A DNA stretch of 63,994 nt, the filler included, from Collodictyon triciliatum (Eukaryota): NCBI GenBank assembly GCA_043381765.1. It is 8 parts of 8 records of this genome, joined end to end, with 100 filler letters (N's around TTAATTAATTAA, not from the genome) between each part and the next. Parts side by side here need not be neighbours in the genome. Positions count along the whole stretch, not along the records: positions 8,629 to 19,245 come from JBHJMP010003392.1; positions 19,346 to 27,867 come from JBHJMP010003393.1; 6 more parts are not named here. One strand, 5' to 3'. Below, one piece after another: positions 12,236 to 24,754 of this stretch. The notes under the pieces are model-generated. The model was given only the letters and a program-made list of their open reading frames with translations. It did no database searches and was not told the DNA's origin. The number at the start of each line of letters is the position of its first letter. Position 1 is the first letter of the stretch. A program made the position numbers and the translations under genes.

Positions 12236-13871
12236 TCAGTTTATCTGGCATGGTTGAGAAGAGTAGCGTGATGGGAAAGCGGGGTTGGAGATGACGCCCT
12301 TGAGCTCATTCTCGACCTGTTGAGCACTGATGCGAGTCTCATAATTCTTCTCCCAGCACTCGCGGATAAGAGCTGCGAGGTTAGAAGGGCATGTAGAGGG
12401 AATGGGAAGCATTTTACCGCTCAAGACCTTAATGCCGATCTGGGTGTCATTCATGCCTTCGTAGGGGTACTTACCGCTCAGCATGGACCAGAGGACCACG
12501 CCGTACGAGTAGACGTCGCTGGGCAGCCCCATGCTCTTGCCCTCCTCGAAGGCCTCGGGCGGCGACCAGTTCTTTGTGCCTTTGAAGCCGCTCACCGAGT
12601 TGACTGATGCGCCGCTCTTTGCAAGGCCGATAGAGGTCAGCTTGGCGACGCCGTTCACAAGGAGGACGTTCTCGGTCTTGAGGTTGCGATGCTGGATGGG
12701 CCTTGGCTGCGTATGCAGGTAGACGAGGCCCTGGATGATGTGCTGCCCGTACTTGAGGGTCAGGTCGGCGCCGAGTGCCTTTAGTTTCCTGATGAGTGAG
12801 CACAAGTCTCCGCCGTCTGCAAACTCCATGACAAAGAGCAGGTCTTTGCCGCGGAACCCAAAGTCGTGGAGCGTCAGGATGTTTGGGTGCTGCAGGTCGA
12901 GCATCATGTTGCACTCCTTCTCAGGGTCTGTGCCGTCGGCAGGGGCGTGCATTTGTGCGTTTGCAACAAGCTTTACGGCGAAGAGGCCTGCCTTCAGCTG
13001 CGCCTTGAAGACCAGTCCGAGACTGCCCTTGCCCAGGAAGTTCTCCTGTTTCTCAAAGTCTGTGGTCAGCAGGTCGACGTATTTGCCGCGGGACAGGCGG
13101 CTGGTTGGGGCGGCAAAGATGCCCGACTGGATGTTGGGACTTACTGTGACCTGTGTTGGCTGGAGGGAGTGTGCATGTCAGGGAATGTTATGTGATAGTC
13201 TGTTGTGGGTGGATGGGGGATTTGGGGAATGACTGGTGCATTGCAGTGCGGTGCGTGCGTGCGGGTGCGGTGCGTGTGCTTACGGGGTCGTAGAGCTGCA
13301 GCTTTCGGAGGGCGTCGGCAAAGCTCAGCGTCATCCATGACCAACGTTTCTCTGTCTTGTTCCACACTGGGAGGGCGGTGATGCCACGCGGCGCTCTCTT
13401 GATGGTCTGTCGGCCTTGCCATTCAATGAAGAGCGACTTCAGATTCGTGAGCGCTGTGATTTCTGGTGGAAGCTCCTCCATCTACATATATCGTTGTGAG
13501 CAACTTTATCTTTTCAACATAAAAAAAAAAATAGACGTGATGAATGATTAAAACCATACCGGGTTGCTATAAACATAAAGACGAATGAGACCAGTCAAAC
13601 ACGATATTTGTGCCGGCAGTGATGACAACTGATTGCCTTCAACATCAAGCTTTGTGAGACCCGTCAAACACGATATTTGTGGAGGCAGTGATGGCAACTG
13701 ATTGCCATATAGATACAACACTTTCAGATCAGTCAACAAAGAGACACCAAGCGGAACGGATGAAAGGTCTTTGGATTGGAGCAGTAGACATGTGGAGCTT
13801 TTTAAAGAGGCGATGTCGCGTTCCCCGGCGATTTTTCGGACCTCTTCTAAAAGCGCATTCTGGTCGGCCAT
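12236..13871 (-). CDS. LRR + TKL-like pseudokinase, ~474 aa, exons 13871-13560, 13481-13284, 13150-12236
   Basis: LRRs (LKVLYLYGNQLPSLPPQI, LTKLDVEGNQLSSLPAQI); kinase motifs LGKGSLG, FAVK, HPNIL, HRNLKTEN, LTSIG, GTKNWSPPE, SDVYSYGVVLW. All splice junctions are GT-AG and in phase. Confidence 0.85.
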
Positions 13872-16800
13872 CGCGTCAGAAGTGGGGTGGGGGCGGTTTG
13901 GGCGAGTTCTGGGGGCTGTGTAGACTGGTGGACTGGGTTGTGTTAGTGCACTGCAGTGTTTATTTGTTTTGTGAATGCACTTGACAGGTCACACAGACTG
14001 GCGTTGCTCGGGTGAAAGCAGTGCGGTTGTGCACACAGAGAATAGAACGCGCATTGCGAATGAGTGATGTGATGATGCAGTGTGAAAGAAAGAGCGAAAG
14101 GCAGTAGCGATTTCGACGGGACGAAGCTTAAATATCCCACAAAGGATGGCGAATCTTCCGTCCGAACATATATGACCATCTCAATATAGAGGTGGACGAA
14201 TTGGGCTGTGTGTCGCTCGTGTGCGGTGTGTGGCTCGTGTGGTGATTGGGAAGGCAGAACATTCTCGAATGCTCCAGGTGCGATATCTCCCAATAATGCA
14301 CTATGTGTATTCTTGCTGCAAAAATTCGGAAAATTTATGACACAGTATTCGACATGCACCACCAAATTATGTATATGCTGTATATTCCACAGATTGAAAA
14401 ATGTAGGGTGATAATGATACGGAACAGAATATACCTCTTTCCCTTATTGGATGAAAATTTGCTTCTTCATGCCATTATTGTCCGTGTTTATTTCAGCTTT
14501 TTTTTTTTTTCATTCTGTGAGGGTGTTGAATGGCTTGTGTGATGAGTGGGTGAACCTTTCATCTTTGCCGCAGCGAGTTCGTATTCTTCCTTGTTCTATG
14601 TATGTGAAGTACACATCATCGTATTCCGGCATTGTGCAGTTCCTTTTCGGGTCTTGCGTGTGAGGCAGACATGGTCGTATTCCGGCATAGTGGAGTGCCT
14701 TTGCGGTCTTCGAGTCTTGCGTGCGCAGAAGTGTGCGTGCTCGTGGGTGCAGGTGTGCTCGTGAGTCCGCGTTGCGTTGCTTGTGCGAGTGGCTGCGTGT
14801 TGCAGGCGACATTTGCAGGTCGGCCAGACTCGAGACTCGAGACTGGTTGGCGACTGGCCGGCTGCTGCAAAAAAAAAAAGGATCGCGCATGCGAGGCGAG
14901 CGGCTGCCGAAGCCGCCCGCCTTGAAAAGAACGAAAAAAAAAGGGTACAAATTGAATAAACGGATAACCCTGTTCGCACATGCTTAGCGTTTCCGAGGTT
15001 TACATACAGCTTTATCCCGACTCTTTATGTACAAAGGCGTTGCCCCAATGAGGAGCAGTTTACCCGTGGGCCCAGCAAGGGTTGCCTGGCAGTAGTGCCT
15101 GGATGGGGATAGGAAATGGGATTCGGGTCAGATTGGTTTTGATGCATAGATTTGATGTGATTGAAGAACATAGATTAAGCATGACATATTTGTATATTTA
15201 ATGTGGAATATAATAGTTATTGACAAAATGATCAAATGTATAACTAAAATTAATTGAATTGGTTATTTTGTTTGATGGGTTTATTTCGTTGTGATTTGTC
15301 GTATTCTTCAAACCACATGCAGAAAGAGAACAGAACAAAGAAAACAAGAAATATGAGGGTATTGGTTGCATATGAGACGTACTTGTTGGGTGCGTTGTTT
15401 CCCGCAGCAAATACTACTGTCAGGAGCCTTGCTGAAGCCACGGGGCTGCTATCCACCGAGTCGAGATACGGCACCACGTATAACCGTTGGAAAATACCCC
15501 ACCAGTTTGCGTAGTGACTCCCTTTAGTGGTTCAGTTCTCAGGGAGGACGGGTTCCAACTGTGGAGTGCTACAAACCTCGGCCATCCCATGATAAGAAAG
15601 ATACGCGCTGCGTGGAGCGCCGGAGCCATCCAATGAACTCCACAACGCCACGCTCAACGCCCGCCTACCCTTCTTAACCCGGCAAGGATAGCCTGCATGA
15701 ATGAACCGATGATGAGAGGATGTTCTATTTGACTAGTTGACTTCGTCGGGGGATTTGTGAAGCGCAAGAATTTGGGTCTATACATACAGATGTTGGTCAT
15801 GATTAATTAATGGCTTACAGAGGGTTTGTGCCCCGTCCGCAGGTTGCTTGTGCATTATGTCGTAGTTCATTCGTCGGTCGTCTCGGCAGGGTTGGAGTGG
15901 TTGTGATAATCACCAAACCCACCCAACAGACACGCACGAGGCTCTCAAACGCCAACCAAAGACGACAGAACCTCATATATGCTTGAATCTTGGGCTGCAA
16001 CACCCTTCGTAACAGAAACATACCCCATCCCGATTTTTGAGAATTCAAAAAATTCCTTTATTCGATTCAAAGTGCAGCGAGGTTATGCCATACAAAGGGG
16101 CGGTATAGGAGCGCATGGGAGAGAGCAAACGCGAGTAGGAGAAGACACTACCGTGGAGAGGGTAGCACTGGAAAGAAATTACTGATAACGAGTTGGTCAG
16201 GTGGGCATCCCAACTGGTTGATTGGTTGCGAGGGTAGCAGGGGTTGGATATGCTGTGGGAGATATCGCACGACACATTCCCACATCTCTTCGCTTGCGGT
16301 CAGAGTAGCGAAGAATGCGAGCGTGTTTCAGCAGGCTGTTCAGGAAGCTGTATTGCACGAGACAACTTCCTTGTATCTTAATTTTCAAAGTGGAAAAAAA
16401 ATCGCTCAAACGGATGCAGTGTGATTAATGCGTTTTGTGTGGAAAATATAGTACAATAGTGATTAAATAAAAATTGATAACTAGAACACTTACATTCATT
16501 CTATTCAGTGTTTGTAGAAAAAACTTGTGGTCCGATATCATTCTTGTTTCAAAAATCAAAACAAGTCACACATGTAAGGTCTTAACGGATTTCAACCTTA
16601 TCTGCATCCAACCAAACCCTATCCATACAAAGAATTCAGCCTACTACGGATGTTTTTTAGGGAAAAAATATTTGAGAGCTTTATTTTCTGCCGAATCTAT
16701 ACGAACAATATAAGCGCCAAAAACCTACACTAAACACTCCACCACATATTATAAAGAAAATTCAATAAAAAATGCCAAGATTATATGAAAGCTGAATATC

Positions 16801-17422
16801 CTAAATAAATGGAATATGAAGTAATGTCTCATCTCAACCTAAGTGAATGTTTTTTTTTTATTTTTTTAAAAGGGATAAGTTTTTCAAGGTAGAATTAACA
16901 ATATCTGAAATCTATTATTTAAAAATTATTCGAGAATATGAAAATCGAAAATGAATCCAATTAGTTGATAAAAAATGACGAAGTTATCAAAATAATTAAG
17001 GTCTACAGTTTCACATCTTGAAAGGTTGGGGCATTTGAAACGTGACTTTTTTGGGATTAAGTCGTTTCCCTGTTCCTCATCTCCGCCTATAAATATAGGC
17101 ATCAGAAATTTTAATTTAATGTAGCAACAAAACACTCAAAAAAAAAAAAAAAAAAAAAAAANNNNNNNNNNNNNNNNNNNNNNNNNNNNNNNNNNNNNNN
17201 NNNNNNNNNNNNNNNNNNNNNNNNNNNNNNNNNNNNNNNNNNNNNNNNNNNNNNNNNNNNNNNNNNNNNNNNNNNNNNNNNNNNNNNNNNNNNNNNNNNN
17301 NNNNNNNNNNNNNNNNNNNNNNNNNNNNNNNNNNNNNNNNNNNNNNNNNNNNNNNNNNNNNNNNNNNNNNNNNNNNNNNNNNNNNNNNNNNNNNNNNNNN
17401 NNNNNNNNNNNNNNNNNNNNTT

Positions 17423-17516
<94 letters not shown>

Positions 17517-17800
17517 TCTCTTCCTCTCAATCATCCAATATCATGAAAATTTCTATATAATGTAGCTAACTCATCTTCATATACAATATATCTGCTCATC
17601 GTAATTACAAGTGGAAGTGAAATGAAGTTGCCCTTGGAATATATACTATTATCTCGAAAACAAACTATATATGTAAGGTAAAATTTGAATGTATTAACAT
17701 TTCATTTTTAATTGTAAAAGTACAGGAAAATGAAGCTTCCAGCAAATGATGAAAATAATGAAGATCCGCATGGTGTATACAATCAGACAGAGAGAAAAAA

Positions 17801-19245
17801 ATGGATGACCGAGATATTCGCAGAATGTCTTTGTCAAGCTCTATCATAGGGGAGCTTGATGTTGCTGACTTATCATCTATGTGGAATAGACATCCCTCAT
17901 ATAACAACGAAGCAACAATATCTGAGGAAATAAAGAATAAATACAAGATGGATAAATGGCTGACCTTTCTGGTAAAAATTTGTGACTCGTCAGTTTTTTT
18001 TAATCATAATATCAAGAAAAATATGTGCTCGTGTGTGCGCATACCTGAAGATATATTACCTAGGTATATTGATAAGGCGGTTGTCATTTTTTACTATGCA
18101 TGTATTACTAAGCAATATTTTTTAAATATAAAATTAGGATAGAAAAATTGAGGAAGAATTCTTTAAAAAATATTTCTATGGGTCCATTAAAAGTCACCGA
18201 GCCCTCATAATGATCATTTCTTGTTTGTATCCGTTGTTCACTATAATGGCTGTTCTAGAAGAAAATGTCTCAAATGCAATTTTATACTTCATTCTTGGAG
18301 CGACAACAATGGCATTATACGTTTATCTACGAAGGTAACAATAATTTGGTGTCGCATAATCATATAAGATTTCGAATTTAATTATTCAATACTGATTTAA
18401 ATTTGATCGAAACATAATAGCAATATCAAATTCTCAAATGAACTATATCTAAAACGACACCTTATAAAATATATGACGAGAAGTTTCATTACGAAAAGTA
18501 GCTTAACATCATTCAATTTATATTTGTAAAAGAGATTCAAGGGATTATCACCTGAACATGTTCTGCCTGCTCATCCCCTTTCATGCCATCGGCCTTGGCA
18601 TGTCAAGAGTATACGACAAAACCGAGGAAAAATCTTACAGTCTTCAAATTAATAACGGACGAGCATTAGCAATCGTCTATACATTTTTACTCTACATCAC
18701 TATTATGTCATCGAGATTTACAATGAAGGTTTTTTTTTAAAAATCCAAAATCTTCCTTGATCAAGAAAATTTAATTAAAATATATAATTACATCATGCTT
18801 GAGGTTCTTTGAATCGAGTAAAGGAAAAAAAATATCATGCTTGAACTTTATGATTACTTATTTATAGATTGTTTTCAAAATTTGGATTGCCATCATGCTC
18901 ATCTTTTACATCATGATGTCCCTTCTACATCTGACGGAGCCCGAAGAATACATCGACTGCACGATATTCTTGTTTGTTGTCTCTGCTTCTCTAAGCATCG
19001 CTGCATACACCACCGAATTGAATAACAGAAACCAGGAGGTAACGTCTTGTGGTATCCACTTCAATATTGCTGTGCTTTCAACATGCATCCTAGCTTCTGA
19101 CAGTCGCTTCAATAAAATATAGGTTTTATATTGATTTTTACCTCCATTCAGATAAGAAGAGCTGCCATCTTGCATCACACAGAGGAGGTCGCCAAAGAGA
19201 AAACAGTCACGGTATGTCATGAGCATCAGCCACTTCCCTGTCAAA
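17801..19245 (+). CDS. Multi-pass membrane protein resembling the N-terminal membrane/helical region of an adenylate/guanylate cyclase; 3'-truncated
   Basis: Exons give WLTFL|DRKIEEEFFKKY, several hydrophobic helices, then AAYTTELNNRNQE|IRRAAILHHTEEVAKEKTVT, like the segment before class III cyclase domains. The catalytic domain is not in the contig. Confidence 0.4.
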
Positions 19246-20133
19246 NNNNNNNNNNNNNNNNNNNNNNNNNNNNNNNNNNNNNNNNNNNNTTAATTAATTA
19301 ANNNNNNNNNNNNNNNNNNNNNNNNNNNNNNNNNNNNNNNNNNNNTGTCTTTTTTCTTTTGTCTTTTGTCTTTTGTCTTTTGTCTTTTGTCTTTTGTCTT
19401 TTGTCTTTTGTCTTTTGTCTTATTTTCTATTTTTTTTTTCATTTCTTTTCATCTCATCTTATTGTCTGTTATCATGTTATTTTTTGCTCCTTGGGAAGTT
19501 CCATAAATTAAATACGCTTTCCCTGCCATACCATCACCTGATTTCGAAAGAAACCCATGAATAGTTTTCATGCCACGAAGAAATCTATCAAGTTGGGAGC
19601 ATTTGCAGCACTTAATGGAATATGAGAATAGCTACCCATTTCCGACAAGTAGTTTTTACGCAGCCTTGGTCAGCACTCTTCTTTTTTTTTTTTTTGCATT
19701 GTTATTTTTATTCACATTTTATTTAATTTTTTAATACTTAAAATTGGTAAATATTTTCTACATCTTCATCCATCCGACGAAGCAGCCTTCATACCCTGCT
19801 TCACAAGTAAAATCCAATGCAGCAGAGTCAAATGGTATTGTCTAGCTTTTCTTTTCGTTTTATTCTCTGTGTTGCTCTACACATTCCTCTTTTTCTCAAT
19901 GATTACCATTTATTTATGGCGTGCTCCCTTTCGATTCCCTATCCTATATTTCATTTGTTCCCTCTTTTTTCTGCTTCATATGTTTTAATGAAAGAATTTA
20001 TTTCGCGGTACGATGCGGCAATAAACCCATAGCCAATGGAGAAAAGGTTCCCATAAGGTGAGGAATGCGTGTTTATATATCTCTGGCTCAAGATCGGCTA
20101 ATATCCTCATATCTAATCCTACCCGCCAGAGGC

Positions 20134-22856
20134 ATGGATAAAGCCAAACCACCCATCCAGGAGATTGTAGCAAAGTATAGGACTATTCAGGTTCTAGAAT
20201 CGTCGCGTAATAAGACTTATACCAAAGAAGGTAAAGTAGAGTTACAAAGTATATTTTATTGGATTTTATTTTCTGCTCATATTGTAAAAGAATGCCTATG
20301 ATTACAACATATAAATGAATCAGAATTCAGCAAGAGAGAATATCGACTGAATCAGAAGCCTTATCTTCTTGTCAATTCAAGATATAAATCGAAAAAGCAA
20401 GTTCGTTGCAAAGCTAACCGAATGCTTGTGTTTTCATTTGCAATACAGCTTAATATTATCTTCCCATCAAAGTGCGCAAGATAGTGTATATTAGAACTGC
20501 ACCAGACTACAGGGCCATTAAATTTCGTTATCCATAGAACGAAGAGCATATACCTCCTGCAGAACTCAGAATATGTCTGGAGGGACGGCTGTGTCCTCTG
20601 TGCTACGACACGATGGGCACTTCGTCACTGCTCCCATGTAGACATGCGTTTTGTCGTGATTGTATAACGAAAAGCATTGCAGATGCTGGTGAAGAGCCTC
20701 CATTTGGGTGCCCCTTGTGTGCAAAAATATTCCATCCAAACGAAGTTGTTATGAATGAGCATGATGTCACATATGGCGATGCAGCTTTGCTTAGGATTTT
20801 GGATGAAAACTCGCTGACAAGTCACCAATATAAGACCTGGGAATGTAGGCATGAGGGATGCCATAAAGTAGTGTCCAATTTCTGCATGAGATGTGCAGGA
20901 AAGGGAGCCTTCTGTGCCGCACATGCAGAGAAGCATGCCCTTGAAAACGATGAGACTCATGAGATGCGGTGATAATATAATAAATGTGAATGGAGTGCAA
21001 GAATGTATTTAAGCACATAATCCAGACATAAAGAAACTCATCCTGTCTTTGTAATTACAGACCTCTCGTTTCTGAGGAATACGCCAACGTAAATACGGGG
21101 GGATGTTGCAAAATTCACAAAGGGTGCCTCACATGCTACATGTGCCCTTATAATGATACGTATACCTCCCAGTGCATCAAATGTGCGCTCGATGATACCA
21201 CGAAAGATAAAAGTAGGATGATACTCAATATTACAGACCCTATGATGCTTAGACTGGTAGAGGAGAAACTGCAGTCATTGCAAAGGACGGAAGACACTTT
21301 GGCTCCCAGAATTGAAGAAATTAAAATCAATATGAAAGAGGTAGTATGTCCTTCAATTTCAGGTGTTCGATTAAGTTTTCTGCTCATCGATATACCATGT
21401 GTAGATTGAGACGAACCACGCAGAAAAGGAAAAAGAGCTTGAAGACTACATAAAAAAGCTAGAGCAACTTGTAAAAGATTTCAAATCGGAATCAAAAAAG
21501 CAGGTTTATTAGAATTGTAATATGCAGGAAACGAAATAATACACAAATGAATTGGGCGTTTTCTCATATCAATTTTATTGTTTTCTTGAAGACTTTTTTT
21601 TACTCTAGTCTAAAAAAAATTATATTAACTTACTTGCCAAACTATTGTAGCTCAAGTCTGTTTACCAATATGCAATATCTCCTTTAGAAAGAGCTTATAA
21701 GTGTTTTTCATCCATCAAACATCGAATCCGCCTTGCTAGAAAAGCTATATTGATTGCATCAGAGAAATTGGATAATGAGAGCCTATACTACCAACTTGGC
21801 CATGCAATTCGCTTTGCAGGACAACTTTCGTATCCTCGACTCAATTATGACCTAAATATTCATTTGCCCCAGATTTCTTTCAAAATGGATGATACAATAC
21901 TGAATTATTTGAAAAATATGAAAGAGTCCTTTATTTATGGGCTTATCTATTCAACTGTTAGCCTTGAAGAAGGTGTTCAAAAAGAAATAGAATCTAATCA
22001 TCACCCTGAAATCATTCCCTCCAAGATCATACAAAATAAGCCAGTCATTTTTGACTCATCTAATTTTGATGAAAAGATTGAACAGCCATGGTCGATTTGT
22101 GTGCATCCTGTGACCGGCAAAGTGTATGTTACTGATGAATGTTTGCAACAAGTAAATGTATTTGATAAAGACTTCAGGCCTCTATCATCTCACTTCACTG
22201 GTCTAACTGTTCCACATGCCAGTCACGGGCCCAGAGGAATCTCGATATCCAAGAATGGGTTAATAGCAATCACAGATTGTGAGGCAAATCGTGTGAATTT
22301 ATATACAGATACAATGACGCTTGTAAAGACGATAGGAGGAAAGAAGGGCAATAAGGAAGGGATGTTTGATCGCCCATACTCAGTTTCATTTGATACCCAA
22401 GGGTGCTTCTATGTTGCAGACTCTAAAAATCTTCGAATTCAAAAGTTTAACAACCGGGGTGAATTCATGTGTGCTTTTGGGGATCAGACCGAAGAGGGAG
22501 GCTTTCTCAATTCATTTGTCAATAGTGTTGCTGTGAATGAAAACGACGAGATTCTTGTTTTATGCGCTGGCTCTCAATTCATTAGGGTTTTTACATCGTT
22601 GGGACGGATGAAGGAATACATTCGAATAAGCTACCCTACTGATGAGAATGGTCTATCACAAGTATTTAGAGCACACAGGGGGCATTTTGGTGTGTCGGAT
22701 AGTGAAACAGGAATCATTAAGGTCTATGATTATGACGGTAATGTCAAAGATAGAGTTGATTTAGATGGTTGCATGGGTGCATGCTATGGTTATGATGGCT
22801 TCTTTTACACGACAAGTCTATTTGAAAAGGCCATTTTTAGATTCTCTACAGGTTAA
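20134..22856 (+). CDS. RING / B-box / coiled-coil / NHL-repeat (TRIM-NHL-like) E3 ligase; start codon uncertain
   Basis: C3HC4 RING CPLC...LLPCRHAFCRDC...CPLC (from 20592); B-box-like CRHEGC...FCMRC...FCAAHAEKH; second Cys/His cluster CKIH...C; coiled-coil exons; NHL blades PWSICVHP..GKVYVTD, PRGISIS, GMFDRPYSVSFD..GCFYVADSKNLRIQKF. Confidence 0.85.
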
Positions 22857-23036
22857 AAGTCATACTCATCTTCAAATATCACTCCCTTGAATTTGCAGCT
22901 GTGTTTTCATATGCTCTTTAATATTGCAAATAGGCCCCGAAGAGGATGACTCAAACGAAAGCAAGCAATCGCCCAACCACAGAAATAAGTATGAGCTTGA
23001 TATACCTGATTTCCTTCCGTTTCTTTCCATATTAAA

Positions 23037-24071
23037 TTGATTCCATTAAAAAAAAATTGTGTAGACCGACGAATGGGCCTCATACCTCCTGGCGAGGTAA
23101 GCTGTAATTCACTTTTCTTTGCATACACTTTTAATGATCAGTCCAAAGTTTATGAATTTCTGAATCATTCATTCTGTGAAAGTAAAACAAGCGTCATCAA
23201 TACCTCAAGTAATCCTCTACTAATCATCACTTCATTGAAACTGGATAAAGCAAAACCTTGCGAAATTACAGGAGCACGTGCCATAGATGTTTCGGATTCC
23301 AGTGATATCCTGAATGATTTATCTATTACAGAAAGCAAGCCCCGTCCTTTGGTCACTCCCGAAACAAACTATTGCTCGAAACATGGGTCGATGTCTCGGT
23401 ATCAAAATCACGCACGTGAATCATTCACTCAATACGCATTGCACAGGTATAATCGAGAGTCAGCCCCAACGCCCGATGGCTCAACATCGAAGCTATTCTC
23501 GTACGACTTTCTTAGAAGCCAACGAAATGGTTCAGCAGCATCTTCTGATGACCCTAATCAATTATTCTCGGTCAGCAATACTGCTGCTCCAAAGAAGTGG
23601 GACATTAGCGAGACGAACCCAGTGCTATCAAATGCAAGTATGCCGCCTGCAGATGCTAATGTGACACCTCTATTCAGTTATTCCCTCCTATCAAGACTTG
23701 AAAATATTGCCAAGACTTCAACAGCCAAATCAACGACTTTATTCAGCTATGAAAAGCACGTGAGACATAATGATGTTTCATCTGTCCCGAGAAGTGGTTT
23801 AAATACAGTCAGCCACCGACTTTCTTCACAAACAAAATCAGTATTGTATGAGTCAAATTCCAACACAAGTCCAGCCAACATGGCAACCATAATCCCACCA
23901 AAACCCTTGAACCCATCTCAAAGTGCAAACATTGTGCTCGCTATTCCCGATTCATTTAGTCCCACGCCAAACTTTTTTGATTACGAATCACAACCCACTG
24001 TTTACTTTTCGTCTGACAATATGCATGATTGTGATGACGATTTTTTTTCTCCGTATTCAAATGAGGATTAG
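23037..24071 (+). CDS. Ser/Thr-rich, probably disordered protein with recurring LFSY-like motifs
   Basis: 344-codon open frame in AT-rich DNA; motifs KLFSYD, QLFSVS, PLFSYS, TLFSYE, NFFDYE; acidic C-terminus. Confidence 0.5.
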   Translation: MIPLKKNCVDRRMGLIPPGEVSCNSLFFAYTFNDQSKVYEFLNHSFCESKTSVINTSSNPLLIITSLKLDKAKPCEITGARAIDVSDSSDILNDLSITESKPRPLVTPETNYCSKHGSMSRYQNHARESFTQYALHRYNRESAPTPDGSTSKLFSYDFLRSQRNGSAASSDDPNQLFSVSNTAAPKKWDISETNPVLSNASMPPADANVTPLFSYSLLSRLENIAKTSTAKSTTLFSYEKHVRHNDVSSVPRSGLNTVSHRLSSQTKSVLYESNSNTSPANMATIIPPKPLNPSQSANIVLAIPDSFSPTPNFFDYESQPTVYFSSDNMHDCDDDFFSPYSNED

Positions 24072-24754
24072 CTGGGTGTTCCCATCACACTCCCCTTTAC
24101 TCTTCAAGTTTTGACCTCCGTGCGGCCGAACCGAGGTGTGGATGGTGCCATTCGACCTGAAATAAATCTCTAAACAAAAAAAAAAATGTAGAAATCGGCA
24201 CCATTTATCTTCAAAGAAAAAAAAAAGGCTTTTTCCTGATGCCCGGTTATATGAAAGCTGTGTATTTATATCATCAACCTTCCTTTTTTAAAAAAAATAA
24301 TAATAATAATCCGGACACATTTTCCTTCAACTCCTCCGTTGGTGGATTGTTGCCACTTGTTCCTTGAAGTCCTTTTGCATTTATCACCACGGGGCTTTAT
24401 CGTCCAGCCCAACCAAATCGTAGATATTAGCAACGCGCCATTCGCCAGTCCAACTGCCCATCAGGTCTCTTGCAGCCACTCACGGCGTCTTGTGCCACCT
24501 GCAATCATACTCCGTGGCGACACAACCCAACAGAGGTCAACAAATAATGTATAGTATATTCATATTATGTATATGCTATATTTTTTTACTCGTTTTAACT
24601 CATTCTACAGCGTAAAATATGGCAAAATCATAATTTCTTTATAATTTCCACAAATGTTCCCTTCGCCTTACTTTATTGCCACACAAATCACACAACGCAT
24701 CAGAATCAATCAAAGACACACAATAAACAACATCGTTCGCACCAACAAACAAGC

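Noticed and set aside
14613-14730. Direct repeats as a possible CRISPR-like array
   Set aside because: Only two imperfect units, the intervening sequences are also similar to each other, and the context is eukaryotic with no cas genes.
17162-17420. 259-N run
   Set aside because: Ordinary scaffold gap between a poly(A) and a (TTTC)n tract.
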